Source: Octopus bimaculoides
Taxonomy: Eukaryota
Reading direction: 5' to 3'
DNA: 64,000 nucleotides
Assembly (NCBI RefSeq): GCF_001194135.2
Contig: NC_068995.1
Span: 35,560,476-35,624,475 of the forward strand
Shown here: piece after piece, positions 38,886 through 51,850 of the stretch
How the letters are laid out: every line of letters begins with the position of its first letter
How positions within the stretch are numbered: the stretch's first letter is position 1
Position numbers and translations under genes: made by a program
The notes under the pieces: model-generated
What the model was told of the DNA's origin: nothing
Databases searched by the model: none
What the model saw: the letters and a program-made list of their open reading frames with translations, nothing else

Positions 38886-39128
38886 TTACATTAGCAAAAA
38901 ATGTTAGTGCCATGAACTGAAAAAGGAATTCTCTAGTTTGCTTAGAATTAACTATAAAAGCATAGATGTCTACAAAATATCTTCTATACTAGATGTTGCA
39001 GCTTTAACTATTCACTTTTCCCTTTCTATTTTATTTCCTTGTTTTCGTTATCTAACCCCGTATTTCCTCTGATTCACTTCCATATCTGATATAGTGAGTA
39101 TTGACTAAGAAGTACCGCTTTTAAAACT
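38833..39128 (+). repeat. Local direct duplication, copy 1 (copy 2 at 42044-42327)
   Basis: ~290 bp, roughly 90% identical by eye, covering a SINE tail plus unique flank. Confidence 0.9.
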
Positions 39129-41075
39129 CATTTCAGGTTTCAAGTGATTTTAACATATCATTTGGAGTTTCACAATAAATAGCTTAACTGTAAATTACAG
39201 CAGGGACTCAAATATGTAACATACTACTAAAAGTAATATTATCGACCACATACTCAATGTATGTGCACTGTTTGTTCGCCTGTAAGCTGCTTCTTTAGCA
39301 CGGTGGGGACAACTCCCTCAAAGCGCCGGGATTTAAAACATCTGAAAGTCAGACAGACGAGACAACTCGCCCCAAATCTCATTCAGGAGCGCTGGACATC
39401 GATATTTAACCATTTTTGTGGTTTATCAACATCAAGTACATGAACCGAACTGAATCGTTAGTCTATGACAATATACAAATAACGTAAAACTCCATTTGCT
39501 GGTATACACGACGATGTATACATAGGAATAATTTCAAATATGAATTAAGAGCAGCGCTAGTGTTGTAAACATTATCGAACACACATACTTAATATAAGCT
39601 CATCGCTTGTTCGCCAGTAGGCTGCGGTTGAATGCGGTGGTAATGACTCCTTGAAAATGCCTGGTGTTAAAATACCTGAAAGTCATAGACAATTTTGAAA
39701 ATTTTAAAGAAGAAATTCAGTCAATGCTACATCATAAGTAAATGATTTTAATGACCATGTCTCTATCCTTGAGTGAGATGTAGCTCTCAAACTCAGAAAT
39801 TCTCGATACAATCGAGTTCTTTGAATGATCCAGTTATTCTGTTCACCTGCGAGATATATTTTATTGTCTCTCTAGAACAGACACCCTCACTCTCTATAGT
39901 AACAAAGGTCCATATTTTTAGAAGTTTGAGTTATGATAGTTGTGACGTTTATGCCTTTCCCAAACATGAAATGAAGCATAGTAAAATGACTTCAATATCA
40001 AGTAAAAGTTAGTAATAATCATGGGAAAGTAAAAGAAAAAACGCCTAGTATCCTTTATCCCTCCCACTTTCCCTCTCCCTTTCTTTCTTTCTTTCTCACC
40101 CTCTATCTCTCTTTCCTAACTCTAAAAGATTTTTCGTAACTGAAGGGAAAATTAAGTCGTGCCTTGAAAAGCCTAAATATAAGATTATAGGAAAGAAAGA
40201 GAAATTATTACAAGAGAATAGATAGTGAAGAGCAGAAAGACAACTATTGCAAAATACAAAATAAAATGCCTTGGAAGGTTGAAGTGGTGATCAAGTCAGA
40301 AAAAAAAGAAATAGGATTAAAAAATTTGAAGGACGCAATATCAGACAGTACCTCACTAAACCAAGAATATGGTGAATCACAGCAAATGTGCAGTCAAAGA
40401 AAGAAAGAAAGAAAGAAAGGTAAAAGAGAATAAGCAAAGCTTCAACATCCAGTATTGAATGAAAATGAAACAACAGTGAAAACCTAGAGATGAATGAGTC
40501 ATGAGAGGATCAGAATATGAGCTAAGCAAAGTAGTTTGTTTAAACCACCCACAATTGTAGGTTACATTTTGAAATATGATTTTATTTCGTTTGTTTCAAC
40601 GTATTTCAAAAGAACACCATCCGCTAGAGCGTATGTAAAATAAACAACAAGGGGAGTCTTTCCATATTGAGATTGCTCTACTTAAAAACTACCTTTATTA
40701 TATAGAAAATTACGTCCTATCTTATACGTAGTTTGCTTACATACTGTCAAAGCTATTTATCGAAAGTAACGTCATCTACGGAAGTGTGGTCAGGAAAGCT
40801 GTCTGGATATAATATAAACGAAATCGTGTAAACATCATAAGATTTGTGCACAGACTAGAACTAAGACATTCTGGCTAATTAAATTTTATGATTCAACGCA
40901 GTAAAACATTTGATTGATCGTGATTTTCCATAATTATATTAATCTAACATTTTTACTGTCTGTAACCTAGTATGCTGAATCTCCACAAAAACTAAGATGT
41001 GTACCACTCTTGGTACGCATTTTCTTTTCAAGCAAGATCAGTATGTGTGTGTGTGTGTGTGTGTGTGTATATAAT

Positions 41076-41559
41076 TAATAATATCAGGGTAATAAAAATT
41101 TTAGAAATTTCTACCACCAGTGGCCTAGCGTGTAGAAAAATTAGTCAATAGACTATATGTTAATCATATAAATACAGTGTACATTTAAACACATAACAGG
41201 TATCCGTCATAGGATTCGTGGCATGCTAGAAGGAATAGCCAAAATCCAAACCACTGTTAGGGATAAACTTCGAAGGGAATGAAAACTAAAAACATTTACC
41301 ATCTATCTCCTGGACCATGGTTTCTGACTTATTTTAACTATTTTCTGACTAATTTTCATTCCCTTTGAAGTTTATTCCTAATAGTGGTTTGGATTTTGGC
41401 TATTCCTTCTAGCGTGCCAGAAATCTATGACGGATACCTCTTCTGTGTTTCATGCAGAAAAATTAGTCAATAGACTATATAGTCTATTGACTAATTTTTC
41501 TGCATGCTAGGCCACTGGTAGTAAAAATTTCTAAAATTTTTATTACCCTGATATTATTA
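41076..41559. mobile_element. Foldback/MITE with long inverted arms
   Basis: Outer arms 41076-41158 and 41478-41559 (4 mismatches). Inner arms ~41186-41285 and 41350-41450. TA|TCAGGG...CCCTGA|TA termini. Confidence 0.85.
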
Positions 41560-41759
41560 GATAATTTTTTCTGGACAAAATTATCGAAGTAACGCCGGCA
41601 TTATTTTTATTTTGCTGCTGACGAAAAACTGCGCTTGCGCGGCGGATTTGAAAAATAATGTATAAGCACGGGGCACATGCTGGATTGCCTCGTACTTATA
41701 TGTTTCATATAGGCATACCTGTTGATGAAGACTTCGCCTAGCAAATTATTATATTTGCT

Positions 41760-41897
41760 AAAAAAATAGTCAGAAACCATGGTCCAAGAGAAAGATGGTA
41801 AATGTTTTTATTTTTCATTCCCTTTGAAGTTTATCCCTAATAATGGTTTGGATTTTGGCTATTCCTTCTAGCATGCCAGGAATCCTATGATGGATAC
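41760..41897 (-). mobile_element. Second, inverted copy of the 41076 element, cut by an assembly gap
   Basis: Reverse complement matches 41199-41335 with about 10 differences. Confidence 0.85.
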
Positions 41898-42351
41898 NNN
41901 NNNNNNNNNNNNNNNNNNNNNNNNNNNNNNNNNNNNNNNNNNNNNNNNNNNNNNNNNNNNNNNNNNNNNNNNNNNNNNNNNNNNNNNNNNNNNNNNNNNN
42001 NNNNNNNNNNNNNNNNNNNNNNNNNNNNNNNNNNATACAATATAAAGACTTACCACCACCGGCCTAGTGCCAAACTTTAAAGAATGACATTCGCAAAAAA
42101 TGTTAGTGTCATGAACTGAAAAAAGAATTCTCTAGTTTGCTTAGAATTAACTATACACGCATAGATGTCTACAAAATATCTTCTATACTAGATGTTGCAG
42201 CTTTAACTATTCACTTTTCCCTTTCTATTTCCTCTCCTTGTTTTCATTATCTAACCCCGTATTTCCTCTGATTCACTTCCATATCTGATACAGTGAGTAT
42301 TGCCTAAGGAGTACCGCTTTTAAAACTTCTTTAGAGGTTATTATTAGCAGA

Positions 42352-43252
42352 TCTAGGCTGGTTTTTATAACATCCCTCGTATCTCCAAGCAATCTCCTGA
42401 TTTTGAGTAAATGTTCTATTCAATTTGCAAATCATAATGCCGGTACAAGAAAAATCACGAGAAAATTCGAGGAAAGGGTAGATGCAGAAAGTGAAAGGGG
42501 AAATAAAATCGGTAAAAGAAATGACAAGATCTTTTGTTGTAACTCAGGAAACCCTGAAGCTTACCTACTTGACCAGAGATATATGATAAACTCCGGCGTG
42601 TATGAGGCAGAAGTCTCAGCAACACTTCGAGATAACCTAACCGAAAAGAAAATGACATCGGGTTATGCGAAGGCGATTTAAAAAGACCTTATGCAAGCCA
42701 CCTATCTTCTTTTCAGCATGTCAATAAAAGTAGAGCCACTAAGTTGGCTAACCACGTATGGCGTTTGAGGACCAACTGATCACCACATACAATCGAGTGG
42801 AGAATTGTAAGAATCTATGCCATATGTTACTGGATCTAAGAAATACAACTTTTGCATAGCTAAAAGATCGCATATTCTTTTTAAATCTAAGAATCCCACT
42901 ACACTACTGAATTTCAGATCCGAAATTTTTGACAATTACAAACATAAGGACAAATTTCTTTTGACGAACAGGAGGATACCACTCTCTCCGGATTGAGCAG
43001 CTATCTCGCAGACTTTGGATCACTCTCCGCTTAATTATTCTACAACAACAAGCTTAATCATGGCTTTGCGGTGAAATGGGACATAATTCTGATTCTAATT
43101 TATCCACCCTTTCACTTTTTGCACCTCCCTTCTCGTTTTTTCTCGTGATTTTACGTATACCGGTGTTCTGTTATGAAAATTGAATAGGCCTTCTCCTTAG
43201 AGCCCGAATATTGCTTGGAGACACAAGGCGTGTTATAAAAAAGCTGCCTAGA
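42352..43252. mobile_element. Old foldback element with diverged ~160-bp inverted arms
   Basis: 42352-42510 aligns to the reverse complement of 43095-43252 (TCTAGGC..TTTTTATAACA...TCTCCAAGCAAT...CTATTCAATTT...AAAATCACGAGAAAA...AAAGTGAAAGGG). Confidence 0.65.
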
Positions 43253-43519
43253 CTCGCGTCTCCAAAGCAAGAAACTATTAGTAGCTCGTATCTTTATACT
43301 GTGTACATTCAATAATATTTATCGGTCACTGGATGGAATACTGTTTTTGTAGACCTTAAATTTATATTGCTACAAAATATTTAACAAACAATTAAATTGA
43401 CAAGTTCTCTGTTGAAAGAAAACACTTTCAGCTTATAGTCGACTAATGATTATTCATTCGTCAATTTTCAGTACAAATACTTTCTGAGAAATGCAATATG
43501 AAATAAAGTAGACGATTCC

Positions 43520-43680
43520 CACTATGTTTGTTGTTGTTGTTGCTGTTGCTGTTGCTTTTGTTGCTGTTTTCTATGTTCTGTTGTTTTTGTTGTTGTTTTG
43601 TTATTTTATTTATTGTTGTTTTTGTTGTTGTTATTGTTTTTGTTGTTTTGTTGATTTTATTTTTTGTTGCTGTTAGTTGG
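43520..43680. repeat. Degenerate (TTG)n low-complexity tract
   Basis: Seen directly in the sequence. Confidence 0.85.
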
Positions 43681-45652
43681 ATGATGCTGTTTATTTGTAC
43701 ATTGAACATTTCGTGTAATAACTCATAGAAAGAGTTAAAATCGAGGTTGTTAACTAATAAAACACGTTTTAATGTTTGCTCTTGCTACTTTTAGCGCTTA
43801 TCTATTTTAGAAATATTCACATTTTCAACGGTCATTGAATTTAATATACAGCCTTGCTAGCAGGATACGAACAGCCATACCATTTAACAAACTGCCCGAT
43901 TCTGTATTGATCTGACCATTTTCTGATTTCATATTGACACATTATTTACCAAGTAGAAAATATTCTCAGTTTCTTTACAGATTTATATTGGCCCACAAGT
44001 CTATTATAAATTTTATCTCACTACTTCTAATAGAAAATTACAAATATTTTTCAGTTATTGATTTTGTCTTTGTTTCGTATTTTAAAACACTTTTCCCCTA
44101 TTATATACTGAATTAAATCCTAAAAGAATCCATTTAACTTGCATTTCATGGGAAATTGTAAATTTAATTTCTTTCATTTGATATGAAATAATGGTTCTTT
44201 ATGAATCCAAGTTAATGCTACGAACTATTATATAGCAGCAATAATTGAAACTACTTCAAAAGAATATAATTTTCTATTCAATTGAGAAGATGGCTTATAA
44301 CTATCTTTTATTCTTTTTTAAATCATCTGAAGTAAAACTTCAAAAAGTGAAAATAACTAACAGCTTTAAAACAGCCACTACACATATTAATGCTATTGTA
44401 TATATGTGTATGTGTGCGTGGATGGGTGTCAGTGCGTGTTTGTATTCCCACTAACGCGTGGCTTTATCACTAATTTCTTCTTATTTTATACCCGTTTTCT
44501 TCCAGTTGAATTAAGGAATTAAATTGGGGGACGAATTACTTTCTAATGAATATTTTTCCCTTCCTGTTTTTTACCGGTAGATAAATTATATTTCAAAGAT
44601 CTAATAAAACACAAATACAGACCCTGGTTTTATTTATTTCTAATACTCTAGTGAAGAATGAGAAATATCAGTAAATTGAAAATTATTGAACTTTTGTTCC
44701 CTTTCCTTCAAAACATAACGCATGTATGAACAATTCCGTACCAAGTGAAGAACACCGGAAATTACCAATTCCGACGACATGTTCTTAATTCAATATATTG
44801 GTTCTAATCCCATCAGTGTTGATTGAGTATTTTGTTAGCAGGGTCGATTAAATAAGTAGCAGTTTCCTTCAAAATAATGTGGAAGGGTTAATATAATTCA
44901 TTTGTAAGGAATGAACCAAATTACCTATATACTGAACTGAAAGTGCTAGATGCTATTGACGGATTCGAAAAGAAATCTTCAAGAATTTCAGTTGAAAATG
45001 CAGTTTTCTGGAGAGTATGTGGTATTAGTAAACGCTCTTTGATACCTCTATTGAAAGACGATACTCTGATAATCAATCTTGTGATAACTGATGTTAAAAC
45101 AGTGTTATCATTTTAGTATAAGACAAACTCAAGGATATTCAATTAACATGACAAATGTTAATAATACCACAGTTTTTTTAGTTGGCTACTATCACAATAA
45201 GGAAATGGTGAAATACAGCCTTCATCTAGTATGTCACTGTCGTGTTCTTTCATTGCTAGTATATAACGGAATAAATACTTTCTGTCCCAAGAAGTTGTTA
45301 ACCTAATAGGAAAATATAAAGTAAGTCCTATGTTCACGGTGGCCGCAAGTGAACTCAACTGCCGCCACCTTAACTATTAAACAACATATCGATAAGTAAC
45401 AGCAGATATAGATAAATCTATACTCATCCCAAGAACTTGCGTTATAAATAGATCTTGTGGCTAGACATTTCATAATAAATGATAGGATTCACTGATCCAG
45501 CAACACATTCGTCGGTCCATCCATATATAATATATGTGTATGTGTAGTTAGGTATGTACGTAGGCATGTGTGTGTGTATGTATGTATGTATGTATGTATG
45601 TATGTATGTATGTATGCATGTATACAGACATAGACATACATATTCTCGATCG

Positions 45653-45812
45653 GTGCAGGGTGGTCGAATTAAAAAGTTTGCTTCTCAACCATGACATTAC
45701 ATGTTCGATCACACTGCGAGGCATCTTAAGAAGATGCCGTTTTACATAGACTTAGATCTAGTCGTACTACTTGTATAAAACTGCCTAGATGGAAACTGTG
45801 CCGAAACCTGTC
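45653..45812 (+). mobile_element. Highly decayed family B SINE head/body
   Basis: Weak by-eye similarity (AGTTTGCTTCTCAACCA...TTCGATCACACTGCG.GGCATCTT...GATGGAAACTG). Confidence 0.5.
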
Positions 45813-46031
45813 AGCTGTTTCAACCTGAGAATCACCTTAAGTCGAATTGTATCTACAGAATGGTCAGACACTTATACACTAATTCTATAAGGTGGGAGAT
45901 TATTTAATCAGGAAAAATTGGATTTTCATAGTTGAAACCGACAGAGAACCATCCACCCCTCCATGTATGTACTTATATGTGTATGTATATCCATCTATCT
46001 ATATATATGTATGTATATATATATAGAGAGA

Positions 46032-46075
<44 letters not shown>

Positions 46076-46943
46076 NNNNNNNNNNNNNNNNNNNNNNNNN
46101 NNNNNNNNNNNNNNNNNNNNNNNNNNNNNNNNNNNNNNNNNNNNNNNNNNNNNNNNNNNNNNNNNNNNNNNNNNNNNNNNNNNNNNNNNNNNNNNNNNNN
46201 NNNNNNNNNNNNNNNNNNNNNNNNNNNNNNNNNNNNNNNNNNNNNNNNNNNNNNNNNNNNNNNNNNNNNNNNNNNNNNNNNNNNNNNNNNNNNNNNNNNN
46301 NNNNNNNNNNNNNNNNNNNNNNNNNNNNNNNNNNNNNNNNNNNNNNNNNNNNNNNNNNNNNNNNNNNNNNNNNNNNNNNNNNNNNNNNNNNNNNNNNNNN
46401 NNNNNNNNNNNNNNNNNNNNNNNNNNNNNNNNNNNNNNNNNNNNNNNNNNNNNNNNNNNNNNNNNNNNNNNNNNNNNNNNNNNNNNNNNNNNNNNNNNNN
46501 NNNNNNNNNNNNNNNNNNNNNNNNNNNNNNNNNNNNNNNNNNNNNNNNNNNNNNNNNNNNNNNNNNNNNNNNNNNNNNNNNNNNNNNNNNNNNNNNNNNN
46601 NNNNNNNNNNNNNNNNNNNNNNNNNNNNNNNNNNNNNNNNNNNNNNNNNNNNNNNNNNNNNNNNNNNNNNNNNNNNNNNNNNNNNNNNNNNNNNNNNNNN
46701 NNNNNNNNNNNNNNNNNNNNNNNNNNNNNNNNNNNNNNNNNNNNNNNNNNNNNNNNNNNNNNNNNNNNNNNNNNNNNNNNNNNNNNNNNNNNNNNNNNNN
46801 NNNNNNNNNNNNNNNNNNNNNNNNNNNNNNNNNNNNNNNNNNNNNNNNNNNNNNNNNNNNNNNNNNNNNNNNNNNNNNNNNNNNNNNNNNATTTTTTTGC
46901 TATCCTAAGACTTATTAATTATGATAAAATGTATATAAGAATT

Positions 46944-47290
46944 AAAATACAGTGTACATTTAATACACAACAGAGATGCCTATAATAGGACATCCGACCC
47001 GCTAGAAAGAGCAGCCAAAGCTCTACACCACAATTAGAGATAATTTCGAAAAGGAATGAAAATTAAATGTTTTGATTTTTCATTCCTTTTCAAAATTATC
47101 CCTAATTGTGGTGTAGAGCTTTGGCTGCTCTTTCTAGCGGGTCAGATGTCCTATTATAGGCATCTCTGATGTGTATTAAATATACACTGTATTTTATATG
47201 AATAACATATAGTCTGTTGACTAATTTTTTTTCTCGCTAGACCACCGGTAGTAAATTGAATTTCTAAATTTTTTTGCTATCCTAAGACTT
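46944..47290. mobile_element. Foldback/MITE related to 41076-41559
   Basis: Near-perfect ~119-bp arms 46944-47062 and 47077-47195. 47196-47290 resembles the right terminus of the 41076 element. Confidence 0.8.
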
Positions 47291-47311
47291 ATTAATTATG
47301 ATAAAATGTAT

Positions 47312-47767
47312 ATAAGAATTAAGGTATAAACTCAAATTAGGCAATCATACTCATACATTTATAAATTCGACTTAAAATGCGTATACATATATTAATACCT
47401 ATCGACATTTTCAACGGCCGTTTCTAGAGTTTATGTCCTGGTAGAAATCTTACAAACCATACGGACAACGTCCTCTTCAAGAATGTGATTTTATGAGGAT
47501 ACCTTTCCTGATGAAAGGGACGTTGTCCACATAGTTTGTAAGACTTACTAATTTTTCTACCTGGACGTGAACTCTAGAAACGGCCGTTGAAAGTGAACTA
47601 TATTATATACCTTATATACCATTTATATTTTTAAAAAAACACCTAACTCTATGTATCTTTAATCGAAACTCTTAACCGCTCTTAATTTCAGTATAAAGAA
47701 TTTTTTTGCAGTCCTCCATTTATCACAGTTCCTTCCATACGTATCCTACATGGGTTTCATTTACATG

Positions 47768-47806
<39 letters not shown>

Positions 47807-47914
47807 ATGTTTTTTTTAATATTCAGATGCGCCGATATGTATTAACGCATTTTAGCCGAATTTGTAAATGTATGAATATGATCGTCTAAGTTGAGTTTAT
47901 ATCTTAATTCTTAT
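47312..47914. mobile_element. Foldback element with a second foldback nested at 47409-47592
   Basis: Outer arms 47312-47390 and 47835-47914. Inner arms 47409-47479 and 47512-47592 (TTTCAACGGCCGTTTCTAGAGTT / AACTCTAGAAACGGCCGTTGAAA). Confidence 0.75.
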
Positions 47915-48052
47915 CTTTTGTCTCGAGTTCAACCCGAGCAATTCTTTTTAGCAGTTCTATATATTTCGTAAGAAAGAACAATAATATATATACATATATA
48001 TATATATATATATTTATTTATTTATTTATTTATTTATATTTATATATATTTA

Positions 48053-48139
<87 letters not shown>

Positions 48140-49659
48140 AACTGGTTGAAAAGCAAGTAAACTGTGAGATCCGACGCTGCATGGTTGTTGCTAATTGTTA
48201 GATATCCCCGGGTCAGCCCTTATAAAGCACACATGATAAAGTTCCTGCTGTTACTTTCTTTTTCATACAGAGTGCATCTACGAGTACATAATCCATTAAA
48301 TATTCTTTTGAATGATTTGAGTGTGAGTTATTTATTTTTGGTTGCTATTTCTAGCGGGTCGAATAAAGACGTCGGCTCTTTTGTTAGCTCCTTAATGTCA
48401 TTGTACAGTTGCATGGTATTATTCCATTTTTTAATCTGCTCCTGTATATGCCTATGTTCTATTGGTGAATTCAGTCAAACAGCAACAGTCATTCTTCTAT
48501 TGCGTTTATCCTTGGTAACAGAGAAAAAATGGAAAGACTACATGTTTGAGTTTATTGTATTGTTGATCCTGTTCTTATTCAAGAAACAAAGCTCCTTCAC
48601 TACTTTAAGCTATCTTAAGCATTAACATGGCTTGCCTTAATCAGTGACATGTGTTAAGTGGAATAGTTACATACGGGTTTCGAAACCTGGTTGTCTCGGC
48701 TGTATTGACGTGTGAACACAGCTGATGCAATATGAAAAACATCTAACTCTAACTGAATTAGACAGTCAGTAACTAAAATATCTTTAAAAAAATATCCGCA
48801 CAAAAGGACGTCTATTTAAGTAAACATATGCATAAATACGTTTATGAATTTGTTTTGCAAGATTCCTGATGTGAAATCGTGTGTTGAAACAGATATTGTT
48901 ATATTTCGGAATGGTCATTACTTTGTTCTTGTCAAATAAATAGATGTACTACATATTCGTTCTTCACTCGTTTATTATTGTTCTTATTTTATCTAATAAA
49001 CGAGTCAAGAACGAATATATAGTGCGTGTGTTTATTTGGTAAGAAAAATAAATGGCCATTCCGAAATATAATAATATACGTAAATATTTATATATGTATG
49101 TATACAAATGTATATACATAATAATGTGCGCGCGCGCGTGTGTGTGTGTGTGTGTGTGGTGTGTGTGTGTATGTGTGTGTGTGTGTGTGTGACCCAAACT
49201 TGATTGGAAGAATGGATGTGAGGTCTAATTACAACATTGGGAGGAAATTATTGCGATCAAATCTTATTTGTTTCTATTTACAACAACGATAAAAAAAAAT
49301 TGATTTGCAGGAAATTAATGCGAAGGAAACCAACCCTTATTATATGCGCAAGATTTACAAAGCACCGCTATTGACTTCGGATGTTTAGTGCAACAATTTC
49401 AAATTAGATTTGTGATTCCGTAATCAATCAATCATAGCTGTTAAATCTCAGAAAATCGCTGCTGTAGGTTTCAATAATTAAATATAAGAAGCTAGTTGAT
49501 GACATTTGTTAAATGTTTGTATCTTAACACAAATAGTTGAAAAGACGTGGATGAACAGAAAAAACAATGCATGTCTTCAAGGGGAACCACATGATAAACG
49601 AAATATATTTAAAAAGCACTATTTAAAAGTTAATAAGTAGCTGGCTAGTTAACCATAAC

Positions 49660-49803
49660 TACCATCGATACTTGTACTTCTTTTATAGACACCTAAAGGA
49701 TGAAAAGCAAAGCCGACCTCGGCAGAGTTTGAACTCAGACTGTAAGGACGAACAAAATGTCGATAAAGATTCTCCCCGGCGTGCTAACAATTCTGCCAGC
49801 TCG
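49660..49803 (-). mobile_element. SINE family A, tail missing
   Basis: Reverse complement of the family head and core. Confidence 0.8.
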
Positions 49804-49890
49804 TAGAATTTTTTTTTTTCGTTTTTTTCATAGACCATTTAATAATCACACTTTTAGCACTGAGTTGTTTATATTCGAAATTCAAAGCTA

Positions 49891-51328
49891 TCAGGTCATC
49901 CCATAAGTTCTGTCTGATTTTACCTTTTTTTAAAAATTGAATGAAATTTAATAGTATTTTAGAATGTCTAATGGAATTAAAATAATTATTTTTATGCATT
50001 TGTGTACATTTAAACTAATTACAAAATATTTTTACAGAATAATAGAATTAAAATTTCTTTGATTAAAACCCTTTCTAACATGGAAGTATCCAAAGAGCAT
50101 TTAAGGCACATAATGCTTTATGAGTACAAAAAGGAAACTCTGCAGCCGACGCGACTCGAAGCAAACACTCAGTTTATGGGAAAGAATGCTTGAATGAATG
50201 AACTTGCAGAAGATGGTTTGCAAAATTAAGAAATGGAGATTTCAACCTTGAAGATGAAGATCGAACAGGACATCCAGTTAAGCTCCTTGAGGCATTACTT
50301 GTAGAGAATCCTGCATTATCAGTTGAAGAATTGACAATAAAGCTTAGTTCAAACCATACAACTGTTCATCGTCATCTTCAACAACTTCCTAAACTTGGAA
50401 AATGGGTGCCTCATGAATTATGTGAAAGCAACCGCAAATCCCGAGTTGACATTTGCTCCTCTCACTATTCTCACGAACTCATTTCACCTTTTTTGGATAG
50501 ACTTGTGACTGGTGACGAAAAATGGATCTTCTATCGAAATGTTAAACGTCGTAAACAGTGACTTGGTAAAAGGGAAAAAGCTCAACCACAACCAAGAAGG
50601 GAACTTCATGGGAAAAACATTTCTTCTCTCTATCTGGTGGGATTGCAAAGGAGTAATTCACTTTGAATTGTTACCACCTAATACAACAATCAATGCTCAA
50701 GTCTACTGTCAGCAATTAGAGAGTTTGAACCAAGCTTTGAAGAAAAAAAGACCCGCTTTAGTGAATCGAAAAGGAGTGATGTTTCATCAGGACAATGCGC
50801 GACCCCACACTGCAAAGATCACATCACAGAAGATCGACGAGCTTGGTTGGGAAAAAATTCCTCATCCACATTATTCTCCCGTCCTTGCTCCTTCAGACTG
50901 NNNNNNNNNNNNNNNNNNNNNNNNNNNNNNNNNNNNNNNNNNNNNNNNNNNNNNNNNNNNNNNNNNNNNNNNNNNNNNNNNNNNNNNNNNNNNNNNNNNN
51001 NNNNNNNNNNNNNNNNNNNNNNNNNNNNNNNNNNNNNNNNNNNNNNNNNNNNNNNNNNNNNNNNNNNNNNNNNNNNNNNNNNNNNNNNNNNGGGGGGGGG
51101 GACATAACTTTCGCAAGCCAGGAGGAGATCGAAACTGACATTTTAGAGTTTTTTGCTTTGAAACCAAAAGAGTTTTACATTGATGGGATTAAAAAGCTTG
51201 TAAATAATTGGAAGGAAGTCATATATAATCAGGGAAAGTATATTGATGATTAAACTTCAATTAAATATAGCATTTGATCACTTGTTTTCTTTATTCAAAA
51301 TTGGGACTGAACTTATGGGATGACCTGA
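49891..51328 (+). mobile_element. Mariner (DD34D) transposon, near full length, frameshifted, spans a gap
   Basis: TIRs TCAGGTCATCCCATAAGTTCTGTC and GGGACTGAACTTATGGGATGACCTGA, TA flanked. Motifs WVPHEL, LVTGDEKWI and HQDNARPH...YSPVLAPSD (34 residues between the two Ds); ends GKYIDD*. Confidence 0.95.
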
Positions 51329-51649
51329 TAGTTGCATTACCAGAACATTTGCTCACTAATCGTGAGGTTATGGGATAAACCGAGTGTCAGAAACAATATT
51401 CTGATCGATTTCAAATAAAGGTAGAAGACACTTGCCTCAGGTGCTACGCCACGAAATCGAACTCGAAATTATATGGTTGCAAAACAAACTAATTAATCAC
51501 GTGACCATATAAACACGTAACATAAAGAAACAAATATATAAAATGCATCCTGAATAGCAAGATACATCATTCTGTAAACACATTGGACACTGGGAGTTGA
51601 GACTTAGTGATATCTGTGAGATGTGTGAAACATAATCCTTTCTGTTGTA

Positions 51650-51850
51650 GGCACAACGCCTGAAATTTGGAGAAGAGGGATAGTCGATTACATCGACTCA
51701 AGTACTCAACTGGTACTTATTTTAACGATCCTGAAAGGATGAAAGGCAAAGTCGACTTCGACAGAAATTCAACTCAGGACGTAAAGACGGGCGAAATATT
51801 GCTCAGCATTTTGCCCAGCGCAGTAACGATTCTGTCAACTCGCCACCTTA
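51650..51850 (-). mobile_element. SINE family A
   Basis: Reverse complement of the family consensus seen elsewhere in the window. Confidence 0.85.

Noticed and set aside
44925-45302. Minus-strand segment between a good acceptor (TTTATATTTTCCTATTAG) and a donor (AG|GTAATT)
   Set aside because: All three frames contain stops, and such signals are common by chance. Only RNA-seq could rescue it, as a non-coding exon.
48271-48322. 52-bp candidate exon (TTACTTTCTTTTTCATACAG ... GTGAGT) reading RVHLRVHNPLNILLNDLS
   Set aside because: Isolated, with no partner exons or recognisable domain; the HLRVH resemblance to a zinc-finger end lacks the cysteines.
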